This document shows, one piece after another, positions 37,437 through 45,972 of a stretch of 64,000 nucleotides of DNA. The stretch's first letter is position 1, and each line of letters begins with the position of its first letter. The notes beneath the pieces are model-generated. The model made no database searches. It saw only the letters and a program-made list of their open reading frames with translations, and had not been told where the DNA came from. The translations under genes were made by a program, and so were the position numbers. Source of the stretch: Pseudomonadota bacterium (lineage in GTDB: Bacteria; Pseudomonadota; Gammaproteobacteria; Xanthomonadales; Xanthomonadaceae); contig JAFEEL010000023.1 of assembly GCA_018241125.1 (NCBI GenBank), positions 3,813-67,812 of the forward strand, written 5' to 3'.

Positions 37437-40187
37437 ATGGCTCGACTCTTTCGCTGGATCCGCCGCGCCTTCTATGCCGGCCTGATTTTGTTGGTTCTGG
37501 CCGCGGCCGGACTGGGCATCGCCTATTGGCTGATCGTACCGCGCCTGCCCGATGTGGACTCCCTGCGCCACGTCGAGATGCAGCTGCCGCTGAACGTGTA
37601 TTCGCGCGACGGACGGCTGATTGCGCAGTTCGGCGAGACGCGCCGCTACCCGATCCACATCAAGGACGTGCCGCAGCGCGTGCGCGACGCGTTTCTGGCT
37701 ACCGAGGATGCGCACTTCTACCAGCATCCGGGCGTGGATTGGCGCGGCGTGGCGCGCGCGGTGTGGTTGATCGCCACCACCCACGAGCATCGGGTGCCCG
37801 GCGGCAGCACCATCACCCAGCAGGTGGCGCGGCAGTTCTTCCTGAGCAATGAATACAGCTACACGCGCAAGGCCACCGAGATCCTGCTGGCGCTCAAGAT
37901 CGAGCGCGAGCTGAGCAAGGACGAGATCTTCGAGCTGTACTTGAACAAGTGCTTCTTCGGCAACCGCGCCTACGGCGTGGCGGCGGCGGCCGATTACTAC
38001 TACGGCAAGAAGCTCGACCAGCTGTCGCTCGACGAGGCTGCTTCGCTGGCGGCGATCCCGAAATTCCCCTCCAGCGGCAACCCGATCTCCAACCCCGAGC
38101 GTGCGCTGGAGCGCCGCAACTGGGTACTCGATCGCATGGCCGAAAACGGCTTCATCAGCAACGCGCAGCGCGACGCGGCCAAGGCGCAGGCGCCACATGC
38201 ATCGCCGCACGAGCCGCCGGTGGAGGTCGATGCGCCGTACGTGGCCGAGATGGTGCGCCAGGCGATGCTCGATCGCTACGGTTCCGATGCGCTCAATCGC
38301 GGCTACAAGGTCTACACCACCATCGATGGCGCCAAGCAGGCGGCGGCCAACTTGGCGGTGCGCAACGATCTGCTGGTGTACGACCGTCGTCACGGCTATC
38401 GCGGCCCGGAGGCCAAGCTCGATCTCAATGCCGAATCCGACCGTGCGGCGCTGTTGCAGAAGCTGCAAGCGCGCGGCGTCTACGGTGGCCTGTTGCCGGG
38501 CGTGGTGATGCAAACCAGCGCCCGCGATGCGCAGGTGCTGCTCGGCAGCGGCGATCAGGTGACGATCGGCATCGACGACGTGCGCTGGGCACTGGCCGGC
38601 AAGTCGCGCGTGGATCAGTTGCTGGCGCGCGGCGATGTGATTCGCCTGCTGCCGATCACCCAGGCCGACAAGGACGAGCAGGCGCGGGTGGATGCGCTGA
38701 ACAAGATCCGCGGCCAGGTCGATGCCGACAAGCTGGCGCCGCCGCCACCGGCAACCGGCTCAGACAAGATCATCGCTTACCAGCTCGACGAGATCCCCAA
38801 GGCGCAGTCGGCACTGGTATCGCTGGAGCCCGAGGACGGCGCGCTGCGCGCGTTGGTGGGCGGTTTCTCGTTCGCACAGACCAAGTTCAACCGCGCCACC
38901 CAATCGCTGCGCCAGCCCGGATCGAGCTTCAAGCCCTTCATCTACGCCGCCGCGATGGAGCGCGGCTTCTCGCCGGCGTCGATCGTGCTCGATGCCCCGG
39001 TGGTGTTCAACGATCACAGCGCCGGCAAGGTCTGGCGGCCGCAGAACGACGACGGCCGATTCCTCGGGCCGATGCGCCTGCGGCAGGCGCTGGCGTTGTC
39101 GCGCAACCTCGTGTCGGTGCGCCTGCTCGATGCCATCGGGGTGGATTTTGCGCGCAAGTACATCCAGAACTTCGGCTTCACCGAGCAAAGCTTGCCCAAC
39201 AACCTGACCATGGCGCTGGGCAGCGCGACGGTGCCGCCGATGTGGATGGCGCGCGGCTACACGGTGTTTGCCAATGGCGGGTTCCGCGTCGAGCCGTACT
39301 TCATCGACCGCGTGGTCGATCGCAACGGCATCACCATCGCGCGCGCGCACCCGGGGCGCGCCTGTCGCAGCTGCGCCGAACGGGCGCAGCAAGATCAGGC
39401 GGTATCGAGCGTGGTGGATGGCTTCGACCTCGCCCCGGTCGCCGGTGCCGCGCCGCCGACCAGCGACGGCTCGGCAGCATCCGATGCCAATGGCGGCTTC
39501 GATCTGGATGCCACCACGCCTGCGGCGGCCAGCCCAGCCGCCAGCAAAGCCGTTGCGCAAGCTGCGGCATCTGCTGCCGCTTCGACGGCAGCATCGCCTG
39601 CTGCGTCCACCGCTGCCGATGGCACCGCGGCCCCGGCGGCGGCCGTTCCTGCGGCCCCGCCGATCGACCCGGATTTCGTCGGCCCGCCGGCGACGTTCCC
39701 GGCGCGCCGCGCGATCGACGAACGCACCGCCTTCCTGGTCGCCTCGATGATGCAGACGGTGATCTTGCACGGCACCGGCACCGCCGCGCTGGTGCTGCAT
39801 CGCGCCGACATCGGCGGCAAGACCGGCACCACCAACGACATGCACGACGCCTGGTTCTCCGGCTACGGTGGGCATCTGGTCACCACCGTGTGGGTCGGCA
39901 TGGACGACTACTCCACCCTGGGCCACGGCGAGTTCGGCGCGCGCGCGGCGCTGCCGATCTGGATCGACTACATGCGCACCGCTCTGGCCGGGGTTCCGGA
40001 GAACCCGCTGGTGCCGCCGCCGGGGATCGTCACCGTGCAGATCGACGGTGGTGGGCACATCCTGCCGGCCGGCTCCACCGGCGGGATGACCGATTACGTC
40101 AAGGCCGAGGATTTGCAGCGCTTCCAGAACGAGATTCCGGGGCCTGCCGACAGCAACACCAGCGAGGAAGCGTTCGACATCTTCTGA
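37437..40187 (+). CDS. mrcA: Penicillin-binding protein 1A (bifunctional glycosyltransferase/transpeptidase)
   Basis: 916 aa. GT51 motifs EDAHFYQHPGVD, GGSTITQQ, RKATEILLALKIE. TP motifs GSSFKP, SRN, KTGTT. Confidence 0.95.
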   Translation: MARLFRWIRRAFYAGLILLVLAAAGLGIAYWLIVPRLPDVDSLRHVEMQLPLNVYSRDGRLIAQFGETRRYPIHIKDVPQRVRDAFLATEDAHFYQHPGVDWRGVARAVWLIATTHEHRVPGGSTITQQVARQFFLSNEYSYTRKATEILLALKIERELSKDEIFELYLNKCFFGNRAYGVAAAADYYYGKKLDQLSLDEAASLAAIPKFPSSGNPISNPERALERRNWVLDRMAENGFISNAQRDAAKAQAPHASPHEPPVEVDAPYVAEMVRQAMLDRYGSDALNRGYKVYTTIDGAKQAAANLAVRNDLLVYDRRHGYRGPEAKLDLNAESDRAALLQKLQARGVYGGLLPGVVMQTSARDAQVLLGSGDQVTIGIDDVRWALAGKSRVDQLLARGDVIRLLPITQADKDEQARVDALNKIRGQVDADKLAPPPPATGSDKIIAYQLDEIPKAQSALVSLEPEDGALRALVGGFSFAQTKFNRATQSLRQPGSSFKPFIYAAAMERGFSPASIVLDAPVVFNDHSAGKVWRPQNDDGRFLGPMRLRQALALSRNLVSVRLLDAIGVDFARKYIQNFGFTEQSLPNNLTMALGSATVPPMWMARGYTVFANGGFRVEPYFIDRVVDRNGITIARAHPGRACRSCAERAQQDQAVSSVVDGFDLAPVAGAAPPTSDGSAASDANGGFDLDATTPAAASPAASKAVAQAAASAAASTAASPAASTAADGTAAPAAAVPAAPPIDPDFVGPPATFPARRAIDERTAFLVASMMQTVILHGTGTAALVLHRADIGGKTGTTNDMHDAWFSGYGGHLVTTVWVGMDDYSTLGHGEFGARAALPIWIDYMRTALAGVPENPLVPPPGIVTVQIDGGGHILPAGSTGGMTDYVKAEDLQRFQNEIPGPADSNTSEEAFDIF

Positions 40188-40279
40188 AGTTCTCGACCGT
40201 GCTATCGTGCGCCATGCCGGCCTGATGGCCGGTTCCGCCCGACGCCGGTTGGGCGGTCGCGCACCCGCGGAGGCCGCCG

Positions 40280-40933
40280 ATGCGACACGCCCCCGATTCG
40301 CTCCGCCACGCGCACGCCCTCGCCCACAGCCAGACCCGCACCCGCGAACGTCGCCAGCGCCTGGCGATCGAGGCGGCGCGGCTGATGAGCGAAAGCGGCA
40401 TTCGCGATTTCCACCTCGCCAAGCGCAAGGCCGCCCACCGGCTGGGCATCCACGACGACGCCAGCCTGCCGCGCAATGCCGAGGTCGAACAGGCCCTGCG
40501 CGACTACCAGCGCCTGTTTCTGGGCGCCTCCCACGCACGCGGGCTGGAGCAGCGCCGAGAGGCGGCGGCACGGGCGCTAGCCTTCTTCGCCGCCTTCGAG
40601 CCGCGATTGGTGGGTTCGGTGCTCGACGGCACCGCCGATGCGCACTCGGCGGTGTGTCTGCAGCTGTATGCCGACGATGCCGAGCAGGTGGCGCGCTTTT
40701 TCGCCGAACACGCCATTCCAGCACAGACATCCAGCCGGCACATTCGGCTGGATCGGGAGCGCAGCGTCGAGGCGCCGGTATGGCTGTTTTCGGCCGAGAA
40801 CCTGCCGTTTGACCTCACCGTGCTGCCGCTGGCGGCGCTGCGCCAGCCGCCGCTGGACAAGGTCGCCGACCGCCCGATGCAGCGTGCCTCGCTGGCGGCG
40901 CTCGAGGAGTTGCTGGCCGCATCGGGCAGCTGA
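40280..40933 (+). CDS. Conserved hypothetical protein (no family recognised)
   Basis: 217-aa ORF with GGAGG 7 nt upstream of the ATG. Codon usage matches its neighbours. No motif I can name. Confidence 0.5.
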   Translation: MRHAPDSLRHAHALAHSQTRTRERRQRLAIEAARLMSESGIRDFHLAKRKAAHRLGIHDDASLPRNAEVEQALRDYQRLFLGASHARGLEQRREAAARALAFFAAFEPRLVGSVLDGTADAHSAVCLQLYADDAEQVARFFAEHAIPAQTSSRHIRLDRERSVEAPVWLFSAENLPFDLTVLPLAALRQPPLDKVADRPMQRASLAALEELLAASGS

Positions 40934-41042
40934 GCCGCACGGACGTCGTCCGGCCAATCGGCATCGGCCGGGACACCCGGCAAAATTACGCAGGTCGAAA
41001 CCCGCACACCCGCTGCGGGGGTGCCCGGGCCGGCAGGCGTCG

Positions 41043-42338
41043 TCAGCGCGACGCGATCGGCGTGAAATCGCGCTTGGTGGCGCCGACGTAGACCTGGCGC
41101 GGGCGGCCGATCTTGGAGTCGTGCTCGGCGCTTTGCTCCAGCCAGTGGGAAACCCAGCCGACGGTGCGGGCGATGGCGAACATCACCGTAAACATTTCCG
41201 TCGGGATGCCCAGCGCCTTGTAGATGATGCCCGAGTAGAAATCCACGTTGGGATACAGCTTGCGGGACACGAAATACTCGTCCTTGAGTGCGGCTTCCTC
41301 CAGCTTCAGCGCCACTTCCAGCATCGGGTCGTTGACCCCCAACTCGGCCAGCACCTTGTGCGTCATCTGCCGGATGATGGTGGCGCGCGGGTCGAAGTTC
41401 TTGTACACGCGATGGCCGAAGCCCATCAGGCGGAAGCCGGAGTTCTTGTCCTTGGCGCGCTCGACCGCCTTGCCCACGTCCTGCGGGCGGCCGATCTCGG
41501 CCAGCATGCGCAGCACCGCCTCGTTGGCACCGCCGTGTGCCGGGCCCCACAGCGCGGCCACGCCGGCGGCCACGCAGGCGTACGGGTTGGCGCCGGTGGA
41601 GCCGACCAGGCGCACGGTCGAGGTGGAGGCGTTCTGCTCGTGGTCGGCGTGCAGGATGAACAACAAGTCCAGCGCCTTGGCCACCACCGGGTTGAGCTGC
41701 AACGGCTCGCTGGGCACCTCGAACATCATGTGCAAGAAGCGGTCGACGTACTCGAGGTTGTTGCGCGGGTAGCGCAGCGGCCAGCCGATCGAATAGCGGT
41801 AGCAGGCCGCGGCGATGGTGGGCACCTTGGCGATCAGGCGGATCGCCGCCAGCCGGCGCATGTCCGGGTCTTCCAGGTCCAGCCCGTGATGATAGAACGC
41901 CGCCAGCGAGCCGATCATGCCGGTGAGCATCGCCATCGGATGGGCGTCGTGGCGGAACCCGAACAGGAACGTCCGGAACGCCTCGTGCATCATCGTGTGG
42001 TGCGCCACTTCGTGGTCGAAAGCGGCGAACTGCGCCGCGTTGGGCAGCTCCCCGTTCATCAACAGGTAGGCCACTTCCAGGAAGTTGGAATGCTGCGCTA
42101 GCTGCTCGATCGGGTAGCCGCGGTACATCAGCACGCCGGCGTCGCCGTCGATGTAGGTGATGGCCGACTTGCAGCTGGCGGTGGCGATGAAGCCCTGGTC
42201 GTAGGTGAAGTGTCCGGTGGCCTTGGGCAACGCGGCGATGTCGATGCACGCCGGGCCGACGCTGCCGTGGATCAGCGGCAGTTCGACGGATTTGCCGGAT
42301 GCGGGATCGCTCAACAGCACGTTCTGGGCTTCGGACAC
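41043..42338 (-). CDS. gltA: Citrate synthase (type II)
   Basis: 431 aa from GTG 42338 (GGAG 7 nt upstream). Colinear with GltA: [29 protein letters not shown]. Confidence 0.9.
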   Translation of the reverse strand: MSEAQNVLLSDPASGKSVELPLIHGSVGPACIDIAALPKATGHFTYDQGFIATASCKSAITYIDGDAGVLMYRGYPIEQLAQHSNFLEVAYLLMNGELPNAAQFAAFDHEVAHHTMMHEAFRTFLFGFRHDAHPMAMLTGMIGSLAAFYHHGLDLEDPDMRRLAAIRLIAKVPTIAAACYRYSIGWPLRYPRNNLEYVDRFLHMMFEVPSEPLQLNPVVAKALDLLFILHADHEQNASTSTVRLVGSTGANPYACVAAGVAALWGPAHGGANEAVLRMLAEIGRPQDVGKAVERAKDKNSGFRLMGFGHRVYKNFDPRATIIRQMTHKVLAELGVNDPMLEVALKLEEAALKDEYFVSRKLYPNVDFYSGIIYKALGIPTEMFTVMFAIARTVGWVSHWLEQSAEHDSKIGRPRQVYVGATKRDFTPIASR

Positions 42339-42591
42339 GGGATGCTCCCTGACTGGTGCCGGGCACGCCCGCGGGGCGGGAACGAATGTCCCGCAAGCAG
42401 CGTTCCGACGGATCGATGTGATGCGTGGATTATCACACAGCATCCAGCGCTGCGGCGGTGCCGCACGTCAGCGCGCATGCACAGATGGGCCTGAGCTGGC
42501 CGCGCAGCGGGCTTTGCCGAAGGCAGGTCCCCACGGGGACGGCGCGCCGACCAAGCGGCGCGCAACCGATCCCCGCCGGGCTGACCGGCGA

Positions 42592-42834
42592 TTACTTCTG
42601 GTAGCGCTTGCGGAAGCGGTCGACGCGACCGCTGGTGTCCATCATCTTCTGCTTGCCCGTGTAGAACGGGTGGCTGTGCGAGGACACGTCGATCTTGAGC
42701 AACGGGTATTCCTGCCCGTCTTCCCACTTGATCGTCTCCTTGCTGGTGAGCGTGGAGCGGGTCAGGAAGGAAAAGTCGGTGGTCACGTCCTGGAACACGA
42801 CCGGGCGGTAGTTCGGGTGGATGTCGGCTTTCAT
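42592..42834 (-). CDS. rpmE2: 50S ribosomal protein L31, type B (non-zinc paralogue)
   Basis: 80 aa. [16 protein letters not shown]...[11 protein letters not shown]. No Cys residues, so no CxxC zinc ribbon. Confidence 0.9.
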   Translation of the reverse strand: MKADIHPNYRPVVFQDVTTDFSFLTRSTLTSKETIKWEDGQEYPLLKIDVSSHSHPFYTGKQKMMDTSGRVDRFRKRYQK

Positions 42835-42883
42835 GGCGCGGGCCTGCAGGTTTCGTAGAAGGATGTCGCAAGGCAAGTCGGCC

Positions 42884-42913
42884 ATTCTAGCGGCGCGGGC
42901 CGGGGTGTCGCAA
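42884..42913 (-). promoter_or_regulatory. Candidate sigma70-type promoter for rpmE2
   Basis: Minus strand reads TTGCGA-18 nt-TAGAAT, about 50 nt upstream of the ATG. Picked by eye only. Confidence 0.3.
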
Positions 42914-42954
42914 GTCGCTGTTTTGCCACTCGCTTCATCGTCGGGCGACACGCG

Positions 42955-45123
42955 TCACGCCCCGGCGTAGCGCTCGGCCCCGCCGACCCAGCGGGCGATC
43001 AGGCGCTGCGCACGCTCCGGATCGCGGGCCAGCAGGTCGGCAGCGATGTGCTGCACCAGCGGCAGCAGCGGCGCGTCGCGCAACAGATCGGCGACGCGGA
43101 ACTGCGCCAGCCCGGTCTGGCGGGTGCCCAGCAGTTCGCCGGGGCCGCGCAGTTCCAGATCCTTTTGCGCGATCGCAAAGCCATCGGTGGTCTGCCGCAG
43201 GGTATCGATGCGTGCGCGCGCCAGCGCCGACAGCGGCGGCTGGTAGATCAACACGCAGGTGGAGACCGCCGCACCGCGGCCGACCCGCCCGCGCAACTGG
43301 TGCAGCTGCGCCAACCCGAGCCGCTCGGCGTTCTCGATCAGCATCAGGCTGGCGCGCGGCACGTCCACCCCGACCTCGATCACCGTGGTCGCCACCAGCA
43401 CGTCGAGCTGGCCGTCCTTGAAGGCGCGCATGGTGGCTTGCTTGTCCGCCGACTTCATGCGCCCGTGCACGAAGCCCACGCGCAACCCGGGAAGATCGCC
43501 GACCAACTGCTCGTACAGGCTGGTGGCGGCCTGCGCCGGAGACGGCACGGGTGCGCCGCGGCCATAGCCGGCCTGCTCGCCACCCGACGTCCCGGATTCC
43601 TCGTCGATCAGCGTGCACACCCAATAGGCTTGCCGGCCGTCGGCACAGGCCACGCGGATGCGCTCGATCAGCTCGCCGCGACGTTCCACGCTGGCCGCCA
43701 CCGTCTGCACCGGCGTGCGCCCGGGCGGCAGTTCGTCGATCACCGACACGTCGAGGTCGGCGTAGGCGGTCATCGCCAGCGTGCGCGGGATCGGGGTGGC
43801 GGTCATCACCAACTGGTGCGGCACCCGCTCCCCGGACAGGCCCTTGTCGCGCAGGGCCAGACGCTGGTGCACGCCAAAACGGTGCTGCTCGTCGACGATG
43901 GCCAGGCCGAGGTCGGCAAAGGCCACGCCCTCCTGCATCAGCGCGTGGGTGCCGACCACCACCTGCGCGCCGCCATCGGCGATCGCCGCCAGCGCCTGCC
44001 GGCGTTCGCGCGCCGCCAGCTTGCCAGCCAGCCACGCCACGCGCAGGCCCAGCGGCTGCAGCCAGCGCCGGAAGGTCGCCAGGTGCTGTTCGGCCAGCAG
44101 TTCGGTCGGCGCCATCAACGCCACCTGCCGTCCGGCGGCGACCGCGCGCACCGCCGCCAGCGCCGCCACCGCGGTCTTGCCCGCGCCGACGTCGCCTTGC
44201 AGCAGGCGCAGCATCGGTTCGGGGCGCGCCATATCGGCCTCGATTTCAGCCAGCACGCGCTCTTGCGCGCCGGTCAGGGCGAAGCCCAGTTGCGTGCGCA
44301 GGCGCGCCAACACGGCATCGCCGCCCGCCAGCGGCGCCGCGCCGAGCCGGCGGATCGCCATGCGCTTGCGGCGCAGGCTGAGCTGGTAGGCCAGCAGTTC
44401 TTCCAGCGCCAGCCGCCGTTGCGCCGGATGCAGGCCCTGCGCCAACAGCCCGGTATCGGCTCCCGCCTGCGGGCGATGCACGCTGAGCAGGGCATCGCGC
44501 AGATCGGGCAAGCCGCGCCCGCTCAGGGTCGCCGGCGGCAACAGCTCAAGTTCGTCGGCGGCGGGCAAGCGTTGCAGGGCCAAGCCGATCAGGCGGCGCA
44601 GGGCTGGAGCCGATACGCCTTCGACGGTCGGATACACCGGATCGAGGCGGTCGCTGAGTACCGCCTCGTCGGCATCGGCCAGGAACTGGTATTTCGGGTG
44701 TGCGATCTCCAGCCCGGCCCTGCCCTCGCGCGGCGTGCCGTAAGCGCGGATGCGCCGACCGACGGTGAACTGCGCGACTTGCGCGCTGGTGAAATGAAAA
44801 AATCGCAGTACCAACGACGCGCCCGAATCGTCGCCGACCGCCACTTGCAGCATCGGTCGGAAGCGAAAGCTGCGCTCGACCGCCTCCACCCGAGCTTCCA
44901 CCTGCGCCGGCACGCCCGGCTGCAAGCCACGGATCGCGCTCACCCGCGTACGATCCTCGTAGCGCAACGGCAGGTGGAACCACAGATCCTGCACCCGCTG
45001 CAGCCCCAGCTTGCCAAGCTTTTCGGCCAGCGTCGCGGTCACCCCGGGCAGTTGCGCGAGCGGGGCGTCGCCGTCGCCGGCCCACGTCGGCACCGGAGCC
45101 TTCGAGTGACCCTTTCGGCCCAC
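42955..45123 (-). CDS. recG: ATP-dependent DNA helicase RecG
   Basis: 722 aa (GTG start). Wedge domain, helicase motifs GDVGAGKT, DEQHRFG, QLHQLRGRVGRG. Confidence 0.9.
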   Translation of the reverse strand: MGRKGHSKAPVPTWAGDGDAPLAQLPGVTATLAEKLGKLGLQRVQDLWFHLPLRYEDRTRVSAIRGLQPGVPAQVEARVEAVERSFRFRPMLQVAVGDDSGASLVLRFFHFTSAQVAQFTVGRRIRAYGTPREGRAGLEIAHPKYQFLADADEAVLSDRLDPVYPTVEGVSAPALRRLIGLALQRLPAADELELLPPATLSGRGLPDLRDALLSVHRPQAGADTGLLAQGLHPAQRRLALEELLAYQLSLRRKRMAIRRLGAAPLAGGDAVLARLRTQLGFALTGAQERVLAEIEADMARPEPMLRLLQGDVGAGKTAVAALAAVRAVAAGRQVALMAPTELLAEQHLATFRRWLQPLGLRVAWLAGKLAARERRQALAAIADGGAQVVVGTHALMQEGVAFADLGLAIVDEQHRFGVHQRLALRDKGLSGERVPHQLVMTATPIPRTLAMTAYADLDVSVIDELPPGRTPVQTVAASVERRGELIERIRVACADGRQAYWVCTLIDEESGTSGGEQAGYGRGAPVPSPAQAATSLYEQLVGDLPGLRVGFVHGRMKSADKQATMRAFKDGQLDVLVATTVIEVGVDVPRASLMLIENAERLGLAQLHQLRGRVGRGAAVSTCVLIYQPPLSALARARIDTLRQTTDGFAIAQKDLELRGPGELLGTRQTGLAQFRVADLLRDAPLLPLVQHIAADLLARDPERAQRLIARWVGGAERYAGA

Positions 45124-45130
45124 GGGACAC

Positions 45131-45514
45131 TCAGTCCAGATGCAGTACCAGATCGATCTCGACCCGCGCGCCCTTGGGCAGCGCCGCCACCCCGATGGTC
45201 GAGCGCGCCGGAAACGGTGCGCTGAAGAACTGGCCCATCACCGCATTGACTGCCGCGAAGTCGTTGAGGTCGACCAGATAAATCCCGACCCGCACCACGT
45301 GCAGGAAATTCGTGCCCGCCGCGTCGCATACCGCACGCAGGTTCTTGAAAACCTGCCGCGCCTGGGCGGTGATGTCGCCCTGGACCAGCTCGCCGGTCGC
45401 CGGATCGAGCGGGATCTGCCCGGAGGTGAAGATCATCTTGCCGGCGGTCACCGCCTGACTGTAGGGGCCGATGGCGGCCGGGGCGGCGTCGCTGCTGATG
45501 GGATGGCGGGGCAT
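45131..45514 (-). CDS. ridA: RidA-family enamine/imine deaminase
   Basis: 127 aa from ATG 45514. AIGPYSQAV...IFTSGQIPLDP...PARSTIGVAALPKGARVEID. Confidence 0.9.
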   Translation of the reverse strand: MPRHPISSDAAPAAIGPYSQAVTAGKMIFTSGQIPLDPATGELVQGDITAQARQVFKNLRAVCDAAGTNFLHVVRVGIYLVDLNDFAAVNAVMGQFFSAPFPARSTIGVAALPKGARVEIDLVLHLD

Positions 45515-45599
45515 GGCGAACTCATGGAAGTGGACGATATGCGAGTGTAGCCGTGATTGGTGGCCGACGATGGACACACCTCGTCGGCGACCGCGCTGA

Positions 45600-45875
45600 T
45601 CGGCCCCCGCGGGGCACCCCCGCGTTCGCCCTCACATTCGCCCCTCACCCGCCCTTCGGGCACCCTCTCCCGAAGGGAGAGGGGAACAGCCGGCAGCGCC
45701 ACCCTCACGCTCGCCCTCACGCTCACCCTCACTTTCGCCCCTCACCCGCCCTGCGGGCACCCTCTCCCGAAGGGAGAGGGGCACAGTCGGCAGCGCCGCC
45801 CTCACGCTCGCCCTCACTTTCGCCCCTCACCCGCCCTGCGGGCACCCTCTCCCGATGGGAGAGGGGCACAAGCCA
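45600..45875. repeat. Three tandem 85-97-bp REP units, each with a CACCCTCTCCCGAAGGGAGAGGGG hairpin
   Basis: CCCCTCACCCGCCCT recurs at 45641, 45738 and 45823. Each unit is preceded by CCCTCACGCTCG-type 12-mers. Confidence 0.9.
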
Positions 45876-45907
45876 ACGTGCTTCGGTTTCACCGCCCCCT
45901 CAAGGCC

Positions 45908-45972
45908 TCTGTCGTCCGTCGTCCGTCGTCCGTCCTCCGTCCTCTGTCCTCTGTCATCTGTCCTCTGTCCTC
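45908..45972. repeat. Heptanucleotide array, about 9 units (GTCGTCC x3, GTCCTCC, GTCCTCT, ...)
   Basis: Read directly. Abuts and overlaps the spoT stop codon (45971-45973). Confidence 0.9.

Noticed and set aside
42417-42437. TGTGA-N11-TCACA palindrome about 80-100 bp upstream of gltA, as a CRP/Clp-type site
   Set aside because: CRP/Clp-family sites have a 6-nt spacer, and here the half-sites are 11 nt apart. It may still be an operator for another factor, but I cannot support a specific call.
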